DNA from: the human T2T-CHM13v2.0 reference genome, Homo sapiens
Assembly (NCBI RefSeq): GCF_009914755.1
Contig: NC_060933.1
Direction: 5' to 3' (one strand)
DNA length: 64,000 bases
In this document: positions 11,475 to 27,200 of the stretch, in pieces
Layout of the letters: each line of letters begins with the position of its first letter
Numbering within the stretch: position 1 is the first letter of the stretch
Position numbers and translations under genes: made by a program
The notes under the pieces: model-generated
What the model was told of the DNA's origin: nothing
The model's database searches: none
Seen by the model: the letters and a program-made list of their open reading frames with translations, nothing else

Positions 11475-13855
11475 GGCCCAGCTCCTACCTCCCGGCAGCC
11501 TCTCCAGGCCCAGAACTTTCTCCAGTCAGCCTCTACAGACCAAGCTCATGACTCACAATGGCCTATTTAGGCCCATACCCTACGTCACGGCAGCCTCCGC
11601 AGATGAGGCTACTGCCTCACAACAGCCTCCACAGGCACAGCTCCATCGTTACAATGGCCTCTTTAGACCCAGCTCCTGCCTCCCAGCCTTCTCTCCAGGC
11701 CCTGAACTTTCTCAAGTCGACCTCACCAGGCCCAGCTCATGCATCTTGGTGGCCCCTCCAGGCCCAGCCTCTGCCTCCTGTCAGCCTCTACAGTCCCAAC
11801 GTCTGCCTCACAGCAGATTCTTCACGCCCAGCATCTACCTCACTGTGGACCCCCCAAGCCAAGCTCCCAACCTTTCAGCAGCTTCTACACACCCAGCTCC
11901 TGCCACCCAGTGGCCTCTTTAGGCCAAGCTCATGCTTCACAAGGGCCTTTCCAGGCCCAACTTTTGTCTCATGGCAACCTTCCCTGGCCAGATTCCTGCC
12001 TGTCTCCCAGCAGCCTAGACAGGCCCAGGTCTTGCCTCACACTGGCCTCTCTACATCCAGCTTATGCCTCACGGTGGCCTCTCCACGCCCAACTCCTGTC
12101 CCAGGACGTCATCTCCGGGCCCAAAACTTACTCAAGTCAGACTCTCTAGTCCCAACTGCTGCCTCCTGGTGGCCTATGAAGGCCCAAAATCTCCTCAAGT
12201 TGACCTGTCCAGGCCCAGCTCCTGCCTCCTGTCAGCGTCTACAGGCCCAACCTCTGCCTCATGGGGGCTTCTCCAGGCCCACCTCTTCCTCTTGGCTGGG
12301 TCTACAGGCACAACTGCTGCCTCACAACAGCCTTTTTTGGCCCAGTTCCTGTCCAGCTCATGGCGGCCAATGTAGGCCCAAAACTTCCTCAAGTCAAACT
12401 CTCCAGGCCCACCTTCTGCTTCCCGGTGGCATCAACAGGCCCAGCTTTGACTTGAGAACAGCCTCTGCAGGCCCTGCTCTTGCCTCCCAGGGGCTTTTTC
12501 CAGGCCCAGCTCTTGCCTCATGGCAGCTGCCCCAGGCCAAATTTCTGCCTGCCTGCCAGCAGCCTCAACAGGCACAGCTCCTCCCTCACAGTGGCCCATT
12601 TAGGCCCAACTCATGACTGTGAGGCCATTTCCAGGCCTAGTGCCTGCCTCGTGGCTGACTCTTGAAGCCCAAAACTTCCTCAAATCAGCCTTTTGCCCAA
12701 CTTCTGTCTACTGTCGGACTCTACAGGTCAGCCTCTGCCTCACAGTGGACCCTCCAGACCCAGATGGTGTCTCACTGTGGCATCCTCAGGCGAAGCTCCT
12801 GCCTTTCGGCAGCCTCTCCAGGCCCAGCTCCTCCTGCCTCCCAGTGGCCTCTTTCGGCCCAGCCCAGCTCATGCCTCCCGGCAGCCTTCCCAAGCCCCGC
12901 TTTTGACTTTCGGTGGCCTCTGCAGGCCTCGACAAGGCCCAGCCTCCTGCCTCCCGAAGGCCTGCACAGGCCCAGCCTCTGCCTCACAGCGGACTCTCCA
13001 CGCCCAGCTAGCTGTTGCTTCACTGCGGCCTCCCGAGTCCAAAGCTCCTGCCTCTCGGCCGCTTCGGCAGGCCCAGCTCCCGCCTGCCAGTGGCCTCTTC
13101 AGGCCCATGGGGCTCATTCCTGACAACGGCCTTTCCAGGCCCAGTTTTTCCCTTCCGGCGGCCTCCCTGGGCCCAGAACCTCCTCAAGTCGGCCTCTCCA
13201 GACCCACTTGCACCCTCCGGGCGTCCTCTCCGGGCCCAGCTCTTCTTCCTGGTTGGGTCTCCAGGCCCGATTCCTGCCTCTCAACAACCTCTTTGGACTC
13301 AGTGCCTACCCATCTCCTGGCGGCCTTGGTCGGCCCACAGCTTCCTCAAGCCAAGCTCCCCAGGCCCAGGTCAGGCCTCACGGTGGCCTCTCCAGGATGA
13401 GCTCCTGCCCTCCGATGGCATCTCCAGGCCCCAAATGGTCTCCGGTCGGTGGGCTCCTCCACGCCAAGGTTGGGCCTCCCGGCGACCGCCGCAGGCCCAA
13501 GTTGTCCTGAAGTCGGGCTCTCCCGGCCCTGCCTCCCAGCAAGTAAGCAAGCTCTTTTGGCTCAACTCCTGCCCAGCTCCCAGCCGCCTTTGTAGGCCCC
13601 GAACTTTCTCCAGCCAAGCTCTGAGGGCCCACCTCCTGCCTCCTGGTGGCCTGTACAGTTCTAGCACTGGTTGGAGAACAGCCTCTGCAGGCCCCGCCCT
13701 TGCCTCCCAGGGGCCTCTCCAGGCCCAGCTCTTGCCCCCACGGCGGCCTCCCGGGGCCAAGTCCCTGCCTGCCTCCCAGCAGCCCGCGTGTGGCCCAGCT
13801 CCTCCCTCACGGTGGCCTGTTGATGCCCAACTCATGCCTCTGGTACCCTGCCCAG
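11475..13855 (+). repeat. Degenerate 32-bp GC-rich satellite, ~74 monomers (consensus ~GGCCCAGCTCCTGCCTCCCGGTGGCCTCTCCA)
   Basis: Successive 31-33-nt units starting ggcccag/gacccag/ggccaag; first ~8 units also present at 4646-4885 and 8055-8294. Confidence 0.85.
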
Positions 13856-13859
13856 AGGC

Positions 13860-15570
13860 GTGAGCCCCTGCCTCACACTGGCCCCTCCCACGCTGAGAGA
13901 GGTCAGTGTGAGCCCTTGCCTCACACCGGCCCCTCCCACGCAGACAGAGGTCAGCGTGAGCCCCTTGCCTCACACCGGCCCCTCCCACGCTGAGAGAGGT
14001 CAGTGTGAGCCCTTGCCTCACCCCGGCCCCTCCCATGTGGACAGAGGTCAGCGTGAGCCCCTTGCCTCACACCGGCCCCTCCCACGCTGAGAGGTCAGTG
14101 TGAGCCCTTGCCTCACACCGGCCCCTCCCACGCGGACAGAGGTCAGCGTGAGCCCGTTGCCTCACACCGGCCCATCCCACGCTGAGAGAGGTCAGTGTGA
14201 GCCCTTGCCTCACCCCGGCCCCTCCCACGTGGACAGAGGTCAGCGTGAGCCCCTTGCCTCACACCGGCCCCTCCCACGCTGAGAGAGGTCAGTGTGAGCC
14301 CTTGCCTCACACCGGCCCCTCCCACGCGGACAGAGGTCAGCGTGAGCCCCTTGTCTCACACCGGCTCCTCCCACGCTGAGAGAGGTCAGTGTGAGCCCTT
14401 GCCTCACACCGGCCCCTCCCACGCGGACAGAGGTCAGCGTGAGCCCCTTGCCTCACACTGGCCCCTCCCACGCTGAGAGAGGTCAGTGTGAGCCCTTGCC
14501 TCACCCCGGCCCCTCCCACGTGGACAGAGGTCAGCGTGAGCCCCTTGCCTCACCCCGGCCCCTCCCACGCTGAGAGAGGTCAGTGTGAGCTCTTGCCTCA
14601 CACCGGCTCCTCCCACGCGGACAGAGGTCAGTGTGAGCCCCTTGTCTCACACCGGCCCCTCCCATGCTGAGAGAGGTCAGTGTGAGTCCTTGCCTCACAC
14701 CGGCCCCTCCCACGCGGACAGAGGTCAGCCCGAGCCCCTTGTCTCACACCGGCCCCTCCCATGCTGAGAGAGGTCAGTGTGAGCCCTTGCCTCACACTGG
14801 CCCCTCCCACGCTGAGAGAGGTCAGCCCGAGCCCCTTGCCTCACACCGGCCCCTCCCACGCTGAGAGAGGTCAGCCCGAGCCCCTTGTCTCACACCGGCC
14901 CCTCCCACGCGGACAGAGGTCAGCGTGAGCCCCTTGCCTCACACCGGCCCCTCCCACGCTGAGAGAGGTCAGCCCGAGCCCCTTGCCTCACACCGGCCCC
15001 TCCCACGCTGAGAGAGGTCAGCGTGAGCCCTTGCCTCACACCGGCCCCTCCCACGCGGACAGAGGTCAGCCTGAGCCCTTGCCTCATACTGGCCCCTCCC
15101 ACGCTGAGAGAGGTCAGCGTGAGCCCTTGCCTCACACCGGCCCCTCCCACGCGGACAGAGGTCAGCGTGAGCCCCTTGCCTCACACAGGCCCCTCCCACG
15201 CTGAGAGAGGTCAGTGTGAGCCCTTGCCTCACACCGGCCCCTCCCACGCGGACAGAGGTCAGCCTGAGCCCCTTGCCTCACACCGGCCCCTCCCACGCTG
15301 AGAGAGGTCAGTGTGAGCCCTTGCCTCACACCGGCCCCTCCCACGCGGACAGAGGTCAGCGTGAGCCCCTTGCCTCACACCGGCCCCTCCCACGCTGAGA
15401 GAGGTCAGTGTGAGCCCTTGCCTCACACCGGCCCCTCCCACGCGGACAGAGGTCAGCGTGAGCCCCTTGCCTCACACCGGCCCCTCCCACGCTGAGAGAG
15501 GTCAGTGTGAGCCCTTGCCTCACACCGGCCCCTCCCACGCAGACAGAGGTCAGCGTGACCCCCTGCCTCA
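13860..15570 (+). repeat. 48/49-bp VNTR (~35 monomers) arranged mostly as 97-bp dimers
   Basis: GTGAGCCC(C)TTGCCTCACACCGGCCCCTCCCACGC[GGAC|TGAG]AGAGGTCAG[C|T]; ORF starts step by 97 (14100, 14197, 14294, 14391, 14488, 14585; 15216, 15313, 15410). Confidence 0.97.
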
Positions 15571-15842
15571 ACAGGCCACCGTGAGGGAGGAACAGGATCG
15601 CACTCGGGCTGCTGGGAGGTAGGCAGGGACTTGGGCCTGGGAGGTCGCGGTGGGGCGAGAGCTGGGCCTGGAGACTCCCCTGGGAGGCAACAGCGGGGTC
15701 TGCAGACGCCCTTCTCCAGCCGGAGCTGGGACTGTTCAGTGACTGGGAGAAGGGATGTGGGTCTGAAGAGCTTGGTTGCAGAAACTTCGGGGTCTACAAA
15801 CGCAGGCGGGAGCTGAGCCAAAAGAGCTTGTTTGCTGGGAGG
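15565..15842 (-). repeat. Inverted copy of satellite segment 13533-13826
   Basis: tcaacaggccaccgtgagggagg... is the reverse complement of ...cctccctcacggtggcctgttga; homology continues to gagccaaaagagcttg / caagctcttttggctc. Confidence 0.9.
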
Positions 15843-15889
15843 TGGGAGATGCAGCCAGGAGGAACAGCTGGGCAATGCGGGAGGCAGAG

Positions 15890-16790
15890 GCCAGGCCTCC
15901 TCAAGTTGGCCTCTCAGACCCACTTGCAGCCTCCCGGCGCCCCCTCCGGGCCCAGCTCTTCCTCCCGGCTGCATCTCCAGGCCGGACTCTGGCCCGACTC
16001 CAGGTCCCAACAACGTCTTTGGACTCAGCTCCTGCCCAGCTCCCAGCGGCCCTGGTAGGCCCACAACTTCCCTAAGCCAAGCTCCCCAGGCCCAGCTCAG
16101 GCCTCGTGGTGGCCTCTCCAGGCTCAGCTCCTGGCCCTCCGATGACATCTGCAGGCCCCAAATGGCCTCCGGTCGGTGGGCTCCTCTAGGCCCAGCTTGG
16201 GCCTCCCGGCGGCCTTCGCAGGCCCAAATCATCCCGAAGTCAGTCTCTCCAGGCTTAGCTCCAGCCTCCCGGCGGCCTCTGCAGGCCCAAGTCGTCCTCA
16301 AGTCGGCCTGGAAGTGGGCCTGGAAGAGCAGCAAGTCGGCCTCCCTGGGCCCAGCTCTGTCCTCTCGACGGCCTCTCCAGGTGCAAAACTTCCTCGAGTC
16401 AGCCTCTCCAGGCCCAGCTCCTCCTGCCTCCCAGTGGCCTCTTTCGGCCCAGCCCAGCTCATGGCTCTTGGCGGCCTTCCCAGGCCCCGCTTTTGACTTT
16501 TGGCAGCCTCTTCAGGTGCAGAACTTGATCTCCAGTCGGCCTTTGCAGGCCCGGCCTCCTGCCTCTCGAAGGCCTGCACGGGCCCGGCCTCGGCCTCGGC
16601 CTCACAGCGGACTCTCCACGCCCAGCTAGCTCTCGCCTCACTGCGGCCTCCCCAGTCCAAAGCTCCTGCCTTTCGGCCACTTCGGCAGGTCCAGCTCCTG
16701 CCTGCCAGTGGCCTCTTTAGGCCCAGCTCATTCCTCACGTCGGCCATTCCAGGCCCCGTTTTTCCCTTCCGGCAGCCTCTTGGCCTCTAA
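15890..16790 (+). repeat. 32-bp satellite resumes; permuted copies of ~13180-13515 and ~12810-13165
   Basis: Shared distinctive strings, e.g. ccggtcggtgggctcctc (13442/16169) and ctcacagcggactctccacgcccagctagct (12983/16601). Confidence 0.85.
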
Positions 16791-16905
16791 TTTGTTTATC
16801 TTTTGTGTATAAATCCCAAAATATTGAATTTTGGAATATTTCCACCATTATGTAAATATTTTGGTAGGTAATTTATTTGGAGTGAGTTTCTGCGCCAAGC
16901 CCGAA

Positions 16906-20775
<3,870 letters not shown>

Positions 20776-20779
20776 TCAA

Positions 20780-21017
20780 GTTTTGTTTTTTTTGTTTGTT
20801 TTGTTTTTTGTTTTTGAAATGTAGTTTGACTCTTGTCACCCAGGCTGGAGTGCAGTGGCACGATCTCAGTGGCCTTCATACCTGGCTAATTTTTTGTATT
20901 TTTACTGGAGGTGGGGTTTTGCCATGTTGGCCAGGCTGGTCTTGACCTCCCGACCTCAGGTGATCCACCCACCTCAGCCTCCCAAAATGGGATTACAGGC
21001 ATGAGCCACCACTCCCA
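20780..21017 (-). mobile_element. Alu (internally deleted) at the 5' boundary of the CIC retrocopy
   Basis: (GTTTT)n tail, cccaggctggagtgcagtggc, gggattacaggcatgagccacc. Confidence 0.85.
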
Positions 21018-21039
21018 ACTTCATTCATTTTTACTTGAA

Positions 21040-21450
21040 AAACTCCGTTAAGCATTTTTTTAAGGTAGACCTAGTGGTCCTGAATGCCCTCAGCTTTGTT
21101 TGTCGAGGAAACACGTTATTTCTTTTTCCTTTCTGAAGGACAGCTTTGTCAGACATAGTATTAGTTGCTGGCAGTTTTTTTCTTTCAGCACTTTGAATGT
21201 ATTATTCGATTCTGTCCTGACCTGCAAAGTTTCTTTAACTTTTGACTATTTGATTATATTGTGACTTGGTGAGTATCTATTTGGTTTGAACCTCTTTAGG
21301 AATCTTTAAGCTTCATGGATTTAGATGTCTAAATCTTTCCCATGATTTAGGCAGTTGTCAGCCATTCTTTAAATAAGCTTTATTCTCCTTTCTCTACTTT
21401 CCTTCTCAAACTCCCATAACCTGACAATGGTTTGCTTAATGGTGTCTTGT
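21040..21450 (-). mobile_element. Old L1 (L1M) fragment
   Basis: ttctgaaggacagctttg...ttttttctttcagcactttgaat is typical of antisense L1M ORF1 region. Confidence 0.55.
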
Positions 21451-21471
21451 TGGCTTTCTTTTCTCTGTCTC

Positions 21472-22388
21472 TTTTTTTTTTCTTTTTGAGACAGAGTCAT
21501 GCTCTGTCACCCAGGCTGGAGTGTAATGTGTGGTCTCGGCTCACATTGCACTCCAACCTCCGCCTCCTGGGTTCAAGCGATTCTCCTGCCTCAGCCTCCC
21601 AAGTAGCTGGGACTACAGGTGTGTGCCACCACACCCGGCTAATTTTTGTATTTTTAGTAGAGATGGGGCTTTGTCATGTTGGACAGGCTGGTCTTGAACT
21701 CCTGACCTCTTAATCTGCCTGCCTCGGCCTCCCAAAGTGTTGGGATTACAGGCTTGAGCCACCACACCCAGCCTTCTTTTCTCTCTTTTATTCTTTTTTT
21801 CTCTGTCCTCTGACTGGATAATTTCGGAAGATCTATATTCAAGTTTACAGATTCTCTCTCCTGTTGAAGTTGACTATTGTGTTATATCACCCAGTCTGGT
21901 CTTGAACTCCTGGGCTCAAGCGATCCTCCCACCTTGGCCTCCCAAAGTGCTGAGTTTACAAGCATGAGCCACTGCATCCAGTCAGTCCCAGCACTTTGGG
22001 AAGCTGAGGTGGGAGGATCACTTGAGCTCAGGAGTTTGAGACCAGCCTGGGCAACGTACTGAGAACTTGTCTCTATATTAAAAAAAAAAAAAAGTCTTTG
22101 GGAGGCCAAAGCGGGAGGATCACCTGAGGTCAGGAGTTCGAGACCAGCCTGGCCATCATGGCAAAACCCCATCTCTACTAAAAATACAAAAATTAGCCAG
22201 GTGTGGTGGCACACGCCTGTAGTGGTGGTGCATGCCTATAGTCCCAGCTACTCAAGAGGCTGAGGCAGGAGAATCACTTGAACTGGGAGATGGAGGTTGC
22301 AGTGAGCTGAGATCGCACCAGTGCACTCCAGCCTGGGCAACAGAGTGAGACTCCATCTTATAAAAGGAAAAAAGAAAGAAAAGAAAAA
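21472..22388. mobile_element. Alu cluster: antisense 21472-21773 and 21875-21980; sense 21985-22093 and 22096-22388
   Basis: Alu consensus motifs in both orientations. Confidence 0.85.
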
Positions 22389-22842
22389 TTCCATATCTGA
22401 GTGTTTACTCCTGAGTTTTTGAGATTGTTATTAAGATCGTGCTCTACTGTGATGATTTGGGTTTGTTTGATAATCAGAAAAAAAGCGTATTCTTTTAGGT
22501 GTTCAGCCACACTGCTTTGGTGTCACAACTGCACATTGGTTTCACAGCTGCAGGACAAGTTCGAGCATCTTAAAATGATTCAACAGGAGGAGATAAGGAA
22601 GCTCGAGGAAGAGAAAAAACAACTGGAAGGAGAAATCATAGATTTTTATAAAATGAAAGCTGCCTCTGAAGCACTGCAGACTCAGCTGAGCACCGATACA
22701 AAGAAAGACAAACATCGTAAGAAGCAATAGTTTCTCTTACTATTCTGAGAGCCTTATCATTCTACATCCCATCTTCCTGTGAGTTTGTCTTTGTAGCATT
22801 TAACTCTAATTGCAGTTCTCATTTTAAAAACTGGCTTGCTTA

Positions 22843-23175
<333 letters not shown>

Positions 23176-23719
23176 GGGGGTGAACTTGAAGGCAGGTCCT
23201 GTGTCCATCTTTTCAGATTCTGTATCCCAGCACTTAGGACATAGACAAACACGAAGATGACAATCAATATTTGCCAAAATGAAAAAACAAAAGAAACATG
23301 TAACATCATGTAAAAGAAGCTGGTTAGGTGGAGAAATTTATTTACCATAGTCTTGCTTGTGGATCCAGTAGTGACTTTTACAGTTTATATCTAAATAGAA
23401 GCTGGAGGCTTTGTTGGGGACTCATAGGCATAAAATATTATTTATTATAGAGTTAAATGCTACAAAGACAAATCTAATTAATAGGCCTATTTTCCTTTTT
23501 AAATTCTACTCATAATTTCTTCATAGTTTTTATGATAAAAGGTTGGATTTTGATTAGAACTCCCATGATTTTGTGTCAGAATTAAAACTGGTATTAGAAT
23601 AAATAATTCAAAAGCTAGAGAAAGAGTACAAAGAGAAGCCATGAGTTGCATTTGAATTATAATATTATGTCTTACAGATTTGGGGTATATGCTAAAGTTA
23701 CCAAAGTTGTAGAAAATAA

Positions 23720-23989
<270 letters not shown>

Positions 23990-24699
23990 CTATGAGTCAC
24001 CACACCTGGTATGAGCCACCGTGCCTGGCCCACAATGACTTTTACACATGTTGTTAAATCATCTTACAGATTTTATAATTTGGGGGAAGAAAAGTTTTAC
24101 TAAATTGTCTTTTAATGGAAACTCTACAAGAACCAGAATCTTTGCTTTGTTCACTTATGTATCCATTCCTAGGCCTAGAAAAATGTCTGACACATAGCGG
24201 CAATTATTCATTGAATAAATGGACCCAGCGATAGTACATTGGCTATGCTATATGCATACATTAAAGATGTAGATTATCGACTTTCAAAAGATAATTAATG
24301 TAACTTCTTACTGCTTCTGAACATGTTTGTGAGTTATATTGCTGAGGGACCTTTATCTTCTCATTCTTTCATCTTAACCCAGTGTTATAAAATTGAAATC
24401 ACCAATATTATTCCATATCTAAAATTAATATCTACCTTGTAAAAAATATCACTCTGCTGCATTTGAGAATAGACTTTTTAGGTAATAATGATGCAATCCA
24501 TAGGGTTTTTTGGGGGCACAGAGGGATTCATGCTAACAGAACATTTTATTTTCTATTTTCCCAGAGCTGTAAAACATGAAATTACGGTAGTATAAGGCAT
24601 ATTTTTACTCTTTTTATAATTTTTTCTAAAAAAAATTAGTGTTTGTTCCCTATATAACTTTTAACTTTATAGGTAAATATTTGTTTCTTTCAGCTCCAG

Positions 24700-26100
24700 T
24701 TTTATGTGAAATAGAGTTTTCAGATTTATGTAGCATGGAAAGTTTTAATACGTCAGAGTTACTGATTTTTGCCAATCATTTTCTCAATTATTTCTTTTTT
24801 ATCTTTAGTTGATTTTTTTGTAGTGACACATTTTGTTTCTAGTCTCATTTCCTTTTGTTTATATTCTATGTATATTTCATTTTTGGTTACTATGAGAATT
24901 ACATATAACATCCTAGAGTTATAACATTTTAATTTGAATTTATTTCAACTTAAGTTCAATCACATACCAAAATTCTACTGCTATATATATATAGCTCTAC
25001 TCTTTTTATGTTATTGATGTGACAAATTATATCTTTATTCATTGTATACCAGCTAACAGATTTACAATTACATTTTATGCATTTGCCTTTTAAATTATGT
25101 AGAAAATAAAAAGCAGAGTTACAAACCAAAATTACAATAGGACTGTTTTTATGTTTGTTTATGTATTTACCTTTACCAGAGAGCTTTGTATATTCATACA
25201 GCTTGCTTATTTACTTATATAGTTATTGCCTAGAGTTCATTTATTTCAACCTGAAGGACTTAACACTTCCTGAATGGCAAATTCAGGGATAAATGGATTT
25301 TTTTCAGTTTTAAAAAAAAAATCCGGAAATGTCTTAATTTCTCCTTCATTTTTGAAGGATAAGTTTTCCAGCTATATATTTCTCAATTGACAGGTTTCTT
25401 CATTATTTTAAATATATAATCCACTGCCTACTGGCCTTCAAGGTTTCTGCCGAGAAATCAGCTGCTAATGTTATCTGGATCCCTATCTGTGAGAGTTGCT
25501 CTTCTCTCTGAGTTTTCAACATTCTCCCATTATCTTTTTTTTGTTTGTTTTTGAGACAAATAATTGTACATATTCATGGGATACAGAGTGATATTTTGAT
25601 ACATGTATACAATGCCCAATGATCAAATAAGGATAATTAGCATATCCATCACCTCAAATATTTGTCATTTATTTGTATTGTGAACAGTCAACATTCTTCT
25701 AGTTTTTAAATTTATAAACATTTAAATTTTATTACAGAAATTTAAATTTTTTGATTCTGAAAAAGTCATATATGTATGCAACATTTTTTATCATTTATTT
25801 ATATATTTATGCATCTTTCCTTTTAGTTTTGACAGAGATTTTCTATTTTATCATTATTTCAAAAGAACTCTTACCTGTATTTATTTATCAATTATATTTC
25901 CCTTGTTTTTTCCTAGTATATTAATTTATTTACTTATCTTCTAAAAATCCTCCATATAATCTGTTTATTTTGTTTCCTTTCTATAATTTCTTCAATAATT
26001 AGTTCTGTTCTATTTTCCATTAAAATATTTAAATCTTGTATGAATTTTTGTCAGATTAGAAATTTAGGGCGTTTCTTAATTTCTCTATACTCTAGCTTTT
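24700..26100 (-). mobile_element. Old L1M fragments including an L1MA-type 3' end (~25555-25700)
   Basis: gtttctgccgagaaatcagctg; ataattgtacatattcatgggatacagagtgatattttgatacatgtatacaatg. Confidence 0.55.
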
Positions 26101-26901
26101 GACTTTTTTTTTCTGACCTAAGAGGTATTTAGAGCACATTTTAGATTTTTTATTTTGACTAATCATTTAAAATGTATACTAATCATCAATTTAAATAAAA
26201 AACTGGTCTATAGTGACAAAAATTACAAATGAGCCTAACTAATAAATTATCAGCTGTGTTTATATGTATAAGCATGCACAGATTTTGGTAAATATGTACA
26301 TAGTATGTTGGTGAGCTTATTTTTATCATTCTTAACTCATTGTGTAGTCTAAACATTGGGGAAAAAATAAAATACAATAATCAGATGGTGTGAATAAGAA
26401 AATTGTTCTAATGTTTGTAAACCAAGCAACTGTTTTAACTGCTCCCCTCTTCCTGATTGACTTCTAAAAGGGATTGATCCATATTGGGTCCTATCATATA
26501 CGTCACGGTATAACATCTCCAGCTATAAAATGGAAATTTGAGAATAACTTTGCTGCTACTCAGATACATTTTATTTCAAAAACATACACTAAGGTGTTGC
26601 TGTTGGATCTTTCCAAAAACGTATTCACACAGAACTTTCAATCACACTGAGCCATATTTGAACAATCTTTCAAGGTCAGCTCTGGCATAAGCTAACATTA
26701 TACCATTTAACTCAGAAGTTTCTTTAGTATTTGATTAATGGGTTTATGTTTGATATGTAATGTAATTTTCTAATACTAAATCAAGTGGTAATTTTGTTAG
26801 TCAAGTTGATTTAGTGGCTTGGGAAGAAAGCTTTTAATGTTCCCCTAATTTTTCTTACCTTTGACATGATCCTTCACATGTCTTATTTTGCTTAGTGATT
26901 T

Positions 26902-27200
26902 TTCTTTTTTTTTTTTTTTTTGAGACAGGGTCTTACTCTACCACCCAGGCTTGAGTGCAGTGGTGCAATCACAGCTCATTGCAGCCTTGACCTCCCAGAC
27001 TCAAGCTATTCTTCCACCTCAGCCTCCCAAGTAGCTGGTACTACAGGCACATGCCACCAAACTTGGCTAATTTTTGTATTTTTTGTAGAGACAGAGTTTT
27101 GCCAAATTCTCAGGCTGGTCTGGAATTTCTGGGCTCAAGTAATCCTGCCTTGGCCTCCCAACATGCTGATATTACAGACATAAGCCACAGTACCTGGCCA
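26902..27200 (-). mobile_element. AluJ-like
   Basis: Poly-T tail and antisense Alu body. Confidence 0.85.

Larger units (their letters stand above)
3953..11714 (+). repeat. Tandem segmental duplication, ~3.41-3.42-kb unit x ~2.3 (units start ~3953, ~7362, ~10783)
   Basis: Near-identical ORFs recur at fixed offsets (4502/7911, 4623/8032/11452, 5319/8728, 6912/10333, 7318/10739); a 12-nt T-rich indel near 9045-9060 changes the period from 3409 to 3421. Confidence 0.95.

Noticed and set aside
11558-12616. 352-aa ORF and other long overlapping ORFs in 11.4-16.8 kb (FLJ-type predicted proteins)
   Set aside because: They arise from a stop-poor 32-bp repeat whose period is not a multiple of 3; the same peptides (GPAPAS, AQLLP, RPSSC) cycle through all frames and long ORFs occur on both strands; no domain recognised
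13860-15570. CRISPR-like array or repeat-encoded 60-aa peptides
   Set aside because: No unique spacers, no cas genes, primate context; the ORFs are by-products of the 97-bp period and mostly start at non-ATG codons
22401-22730. Stand-alone 109-aa septin ORF
   Set aside because: Non-ATG start; the first 49 codons are intron read-through upstream of the acceptor at 22547
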